A DNA stretch of 64,000 nucleotides from a virus. Its lineage: Duplodnaviria; Heunggongvirae; Uroviricota; Caudoviricetes. Below the pieces are notes generated by a model, which did no database searches, had not been told where the DNA came from, and saw nothing but the letters and a program-made list of their open reading frames with translations. The stretch lies in IMG/VR virus record IMGVR_UViG_2925897562_000001. One strand, written 5' to 3'. Below are positions 60,176-64,000 of the stretch, piece by piece. Made by a program: the position numbers and the translations under genes. How positions within the stretch are numbered: the stretch's first letter is position 1; every line of letters starts with the position of its first letter.

Positions 60176-60469
60176 TTAAGGTTCAGACCAGTTATCTTCA
60201 ATAGCAATGCTTAATCTTTGTAGCCATTCTGCTAATTTCAGCATTGCTTCTCTTTCGCTTAAACCACGAGGAAAATCATCAAGCGAAATTGTTGGCTTGA
60301 AGCCCCCGTAATTATCCATTTCAACTGTCAGATTTTGCTCCAGCACGGTATTCCTTACGCGGCTATTGTGCCGAAGCAAATATACTGAACGTGATTTATT
60401 GGTTTTATGGTCAAACTGATATTCGGTAAGTATCATCTGGCTTTTGCCATGACTATTACCTCTCCACAT
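60176..60469 (-). CDS. hypothetical protein (97 aa from ATG 60469)
   Basis: GAGG RBS before ATG 60469. Confidence 0.35.
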   Translation of the reverse strand: MWRGNSHGKSQMILTEYQFDHKTNKSRSVYLLRHNSRVRNTVLEQNLTVEMDNYGGFKPTISLDDFPRGLSEREAMLKLAEWLQRLSIAIEDNWSEP

Positions 60470-60647
60470 ACTTACCTCACTTAATAAAACAACTCCATGC
60501 GTAGTTGATGATTTTTTCCCACGTAATATAAATCTGCACTCCGGCAGTAAAACCAAAGCCAACAATTGCTGAAAAAATCAAAACATTTACTTTTGACATT
60601 ATAAATTTTCTCTCGGTGTCGTAGGTGATAGCACCATAATTGATAAT

Positions 60648-60881
60648 TTAGTGAGTTAGCAGTTCCATTTTTTGGATGATTTCCGCATGAGCATCATCGT
60701 TATCAACACTTAACTCGTTTAATGCCTCTCGCACTACATCAACTTCTTCAGGCTGAAAGAAGTCGTCGCGGTAATCACCAAATAGAACCGAAACCAGCCT
60801 GCCACCAGCAACATCAAGATTGGCGCTAACAGGTGGCTCTTTGCCATCCTCAAATTCGACAACAAAAGTTAATTTTCCCAT
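60648..60881 (-). CDS. small acidic hypothetical protein (77 aa)
   Basis: Intact ORF. Confidence 0.4.
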   Translation of the reverse strand: MGKLTFVVEFEDGKEPPVSANLDVAGGRLVSVLFGDYRDDFFQPEEVDVVREALNELSVDNDDAHAEIIQKMELLTH

Positions 60882-60957
60882 CGTTACCCCCAGAAGATAA
60901 AAATAGCGGCAATCGCCATAGCTACGCCTACAATCGCAAATGCTTCAGGCCAGCTCA

Positions 60958-61290
60958 TTACCGCACCTCAAGTCTCCATGCCGCCTGACCAATCCGGCTG
61001 GCATGGGTATCTTTGGATACTGTTCCGTCTTTAGCCAGCTCCATAAGAATTTTGCGCAAATCTGCCGAGCGCCATTCTTCATCAGGAAATTCCTTCTCCA
61101 TTGCCAACCGCAGATTCCAAGTTGCTATCGTGAATGGATATTCACCGCCGAGAGCTTTCTCTTGTAGGGCAGCACGGGAACGCATCACCTGCAAAACCTT
61201 CTCTTTTACATCCATCATTTCGCCTCCTGCGGCGGTTCTGGTAGCGGCATCCAGTGTGATGGAATCCACGACGCACCAGGAATTATCCAA
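60958..61290 (-). CDS. hypothetical protein (110 aa)
   Basis: Intact ORF. Confidence 0.4.
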   Translation of the reverse strand: MDNSWCVVDSITLDAATRTAAGGEMMDVKEKVLQVMRSRAALQEKALGGEYPFTIATWNLRLAMEKEFPDEEWRSADLRKILMELAKDGTVSKDTHASRIGQAAWRLEVR

Positions 61291-62096
61291 CCATCATTAG
61301 CGTCAGGATGTCCCGGTATGTAAGTCGCCCACTTCATTCGCCAGTCACCTTTCCCGTCAAACTCCCTGGCAACAAGAACAGCTGTTTTGCTATCCGGCAT
61401 TCGCTCACTACAGCTTATCCAATCATCCAGAGTTACCGGAGAATTGCCATTTACCAAGTCAGCTCGAACATATAGCGTGTCATCATGGTGCTGATTGTGG
61501 CTGCACCACGTTAATTCGCTTAACTCGCCATCTTCTGGCCATACTCCAGCCGTTTGCAGCCAGATATGGGCTGGCGCATCTTTGCAAGGTGTATTAACTG
61601 GCAACTTGTAAGTTTGGCTTACAGGTTCGGCACCATGAAGCATGGCGTCGCTCCGCTCTATGCCATCCAGCGCGATTCGCAGTGCATGAATTGTGGTAGA
61701 GCTATCGTTTGGGGCTATTCCATATCGCTCGAATACAGCTAAATGGTTGCGCATAATCTCAGGCGTAAGCTCTTTGTAAGCATAAGCAAGAGGCTCTGAT
61801 GCATTATCCGGCACAACCGACGCAGGCGCGGCAGCATAAACAGGAATAACGTCCGCTTGCTCTTTATTGCTTTCATCCGTTAAAGCCCAGAATAATTTCC
61901 CGGCCGGATGTTTGAAAATATAAGCAACTGGCTCTGCTTCCAGCGATGCCAGCGTAATTTCAGCCAGCTTGAGGTGAATAACCGCCGCATCATAAGCGCC
62001 TGGGACTCTTCCCACCGCAACGCGAAGAACCTCAATATTCTTCTTAGCCTGCTCAATCAACTGCTCTTTGGTGAACTCTTTGGTAATCGTGATCAT
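61215..62096 (-). CDS. phage protein with DUF551-like C-terminus (293 aa)
   Basis: C-terminal W-rich motif GWIIPGASWIPSHWMPLPEPP. Confidence 0.5.
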   Translation of the reverse strand: MITITKEFTKEQLIEQAKKNIEVLRVAVGRVPGAYDAAVIHLKLAEITLASLEAEPVAYIFKHPAGKLFWALTDESNKEQADVIPVYAAAPASVVPDNASEPLAYAYKELTPEIMRNHLAVFERYGIAPNDSSTTIHALRIALDGIERSDAMLHGAEPVSQTYKLPVNTPCKDAPAHIWLQTAGVWPEDGELSELTWCSHNQHHDDTLYVRADLVNGNSPVTLDDWISCSERMPDSKTAVLVAREFDGKGDWRMKWATYIPGHPDANDGWIIPGASWIPSHWMPLPEPPQEAK

Positions 62097-62608
62097 GCCG
62101 CGTTTCCTTCTTTCTTATTAACAATTACACCGTCATATATTTCATTAAGGTGCCCTCTCAACTCCATGCGCCTTAATGCAGATAACATGTAATCGCATTC
62201 AACCTGCTTATTTCCAGTAAATGGCTTATCGTCAGGATTACCCCAACAGCAATTACCCTTGGGCCACCCATGTACTTTCCGTACTCTTCCGTTAACAACG
62301 TGAAGTAATCCCCAGCCAGGTGGTAAATCCTCAATTGAAATAATTCCCGGCTCACTAATAAAGAATCGCCAGTCGCCCATTCCAAGAGATGGATTTTTAC
62401 GAAAACGCTTTTTTCTATCTGCCAACAAGTCAGCACGAGAACATTTCGCCTCTATCAGGCATGATGCTGAATTTCTGAATCCCATAGCATCTGGCTGTTC
62501 TCCGGTACTGGTTACAGCTATAAAGCGGTCATGAAAACAAACCTTGAACCCGTTGCGCTTAAGGAACTTGTACGCAATCTGACAGAGTTCGCGGTGTGTT
62601 AACGCCAT
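62093..62608 (-). CDS. putative PD-(D/E)xK-fold nuclease-like protein (171 aa from ATG 62608)
   Basis: AAAGGAGAG RBS; D...IEAK motif (PDAMGF ... CLIEAKC); assignment tentative. Confidence 0.4.
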   Translation of the reverse strand: MALTHRELCQIAYKFLKRNGFKVCFHDRFIAVTSTGEQPDAMGFRNSASCLIEAKCSRADLLADRKKRFRKNPSLGMGDWRFFISEPGIISIEDLPPGWGLLHVVNGRVRKVHGWPKGNCCWGNPDDKPFTGNKQVECDYMLSALRRMELRGHLNEIYDGVIVNKKEGNAA

Positions 62609-62609
62609 A

Positions 62610-62798
62610 TCACTCTCCTTTAGTGCGCAAGTGGTTTTTCCAGCGGTTTTGCGCCGCGCTGGGCTTTTTGCAAAAACCACAATCCATCATCCCGTAATAT
62701 TTCATCAACCCCATCCGTCGGTTGCTGAGTCTCACCCACTGCCAGACGCCAGGAGCGTTTCTACGAACTAACAGAATCTTTGCTTTACGGTTTTTCAT
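62610..62798 (-). CDS. small basic protein (62 aa), paralog of upstream ORF
   Basis: Begins MKNRKAKILLVRR; ATG overlaps stop of preceding small ORF. Confidence 0.35.
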   Translation of the reverse strand: MKNRKAKILLVRRNAPGVWQWVRLSNRRMGLMKYYGMMDCGFCKKPSAAQNRWKNHLRTKGE

Positions 62799-62971
62799 CT
62801 TACAGCGTACCCTTTCTTCCGCCTGTTCTGTGACGCAGTAGGCTTACGCTTTGCGGCAAAAGCCACCTGACCAAATGGATGGAGTACCGCTATCTTATGG
62901 TTGCTAATAACCAGCTCCACCACACGCACAGGTCGCTGTAAAAAAAGTCGTTTTGCCTTACGGTTTTTCAT
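62795..62971 (-). CDS. small basic protein (58 aa), paralog of downstream ORF
   Basis: Hand-translated MKNRKAKRLFLQRPVRVVELV...; shares first ~12 codons with next ORF; below ORF-track threshold. Confidence 0.3.
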   Translation of the reverse strand: MKNRKAKRLFLQRPVRVVELVISNHKIAVLHPFGQVAFAAKRKPTASQNRRKKGYAVR

Positions 62972-63143
62972 CGCTTTGCTCTCCTGCGTCTCTTTGCTGC
63001 TCGTCGTGCCGCTGCAATACCGGTATGGCGGCGCTTTGGTGCCGGGATGATGTTGTCAGCCATCAGGACATGTGGCTTTGCAATTAGCGCAGAAGCCCAA
63101 AAACGAGTCGGGTACGGTAACAAGCCGATACATGCCACACGCA

Positions 63144-63869
63144 CTACTCACCTCCGTTGATGCGAATGCCAGCGGCACGGGAATCATTCCATCGCTTTAC
63201 TTCTTCACGAATTACGTCAATGCATTCTTTCGAATCCATTAGGTAATCTTCATCAAAAAGCCTTTCCTGTTCGTTTTCTATCGCAACAATGATTGCTTCA
63301 ACTAACTTTTGTGCCTGAGAACCACTTTCTAACTCTGCAATGCGCTTCTCTGCGGCTTCCAGCTTCTCGCGCATATCGTCAACGTACTCGACCAGAGATC
63401 CGCCAGCAGGAATTTCGCACTCCTCGACCAGTTGGAAGTAGATATCAGCTGCGGCCCGTGTGTTGCTATGCCTAGCGTCGCCCATCTCACCTTCACGAAG
63501 AGCATCGCGTTCGGCGGTAAGATTGGCTATTTTGCTGTCTTTGCCTTCCAGCTCAACGCGAAGCCTCCCTACCGTTAGCGCAATTTCCTCGTTCTCCTGG
63601 TCGCGGGATTTGATGTATTGCTGGTTCCTTTCCCGTTCATCCAGTAGTGCCAGCACGGTTTCTGGTCCGGCCAGAAATTTGAAGGCGTTGAGCGCATCAA
63701 TATCCACACCGTAATCTTTAAGTTCCTGTTCACTTAACAAATCATCATCAGCTGGCAACATTAACAGGCGTTCCATTGCTGGAATTGCACGTTCCGCCGC
63801 CTCACGCAGTGCCTGATAATCAATCTTGCTCACTGGTTGCCTCCTTTGCGGAGTTGCGCTTCGATGCAC
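63144..63869 (-). CDS. hypothetical coiled-coil protein (241 aa; start possibly internal)
   Basis: Intact ORF, acidic coiled-coil rich. Confidence 0.45.
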   Translation of the reverse strand: MHRSATPQRRQPVSKIDYQALREAAERAIPAMERLLMLPADDDLLSEQELKDYGVDIDALNAFKFLAGPETVLALLDERERNQQYIKSRDQENEEIALTVGRLRVELEGKDSKIANLTAERDALREGEMGDARHSNTRAAADIYFQLVEECEIPAGGSLVEYVDDMREKLEAAEKRIAELESGSQAQKLVEAIIVAIENEQERLFDEDYLMDSKECIDVIREEVKRWNDSRAAGIRINGGE

Positions 63870-64000
63870 GAAAAAAAAGACTCCCGAGTATGACTGTTAA
63901 GAGCTGGTGCGAACGCCGCGTTAAGAACGGCAGCATCACAGCCGTCATCAATATAGAGCGCAATTTTTTTCTCCAGGCGCGCTTTGGCTTCCTGCAACTG

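Overview
This window is an almost complete collinear stretch of a P1-family temperate phage-plasmid, identified by eye without any database search. Read left to right it contains: the lytic replicon and immI region (repL, kilA, ant1, icd, c4-like RNA, C1 operators); a + strand morphogenesis operon (two secreted proteins, sit, baseplate genes, tail-fibre genes R-S-U); an invertible tail-fibre region with a cin-type serine invertase; the lysis and anti-restriction (dar) operon (lydA, lydB, hdf, darA, ddrA, ddrB); ssb, lyz, pro, prt; darB-ulx-lxc; ref, cra-like and cre with a perfect 34-bp loxP; immC (coi, c1); pacB/pacA with the hexanucleotide pac site; and lpa, pdcB, doc/phd, humD, hot, lxr plus a block of small unknown genes. 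Against this conserved backbone several accessory or unusual loci stand out. (1) A single-gene fused RelA/SpoT-type toxin (toxSAS, CapRel-like) sits where P1 carries the res/mod restriction genes. (2) The tail-fibre locus holds one expressed and eight silent C-terminal cassettes, each preceded by a 26-bp cix/hix-like crossover site that preserves reading frame, giving a shufflon-like multiple-inversion system. (3) A terminase large-subunit paralog with both Walker motifs substituted and no nuclease domain lies in a two-gene operon next to ssb. (4) A Hok/Gef-family type I toxin with an overlapping mok-like frame lies beside repL. (5) A TnpB-only IS200/IS605-family element is inserted between ddrA and ddrB. 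(6) A secreted protein at the head of the morphogenesis operon copies a peptide motif from Sit. Gene names follow P1 by gene order, protein length and recognisable motifs; boundaries come from the ORF track with a few start codons re-assigned by RBS inspection.
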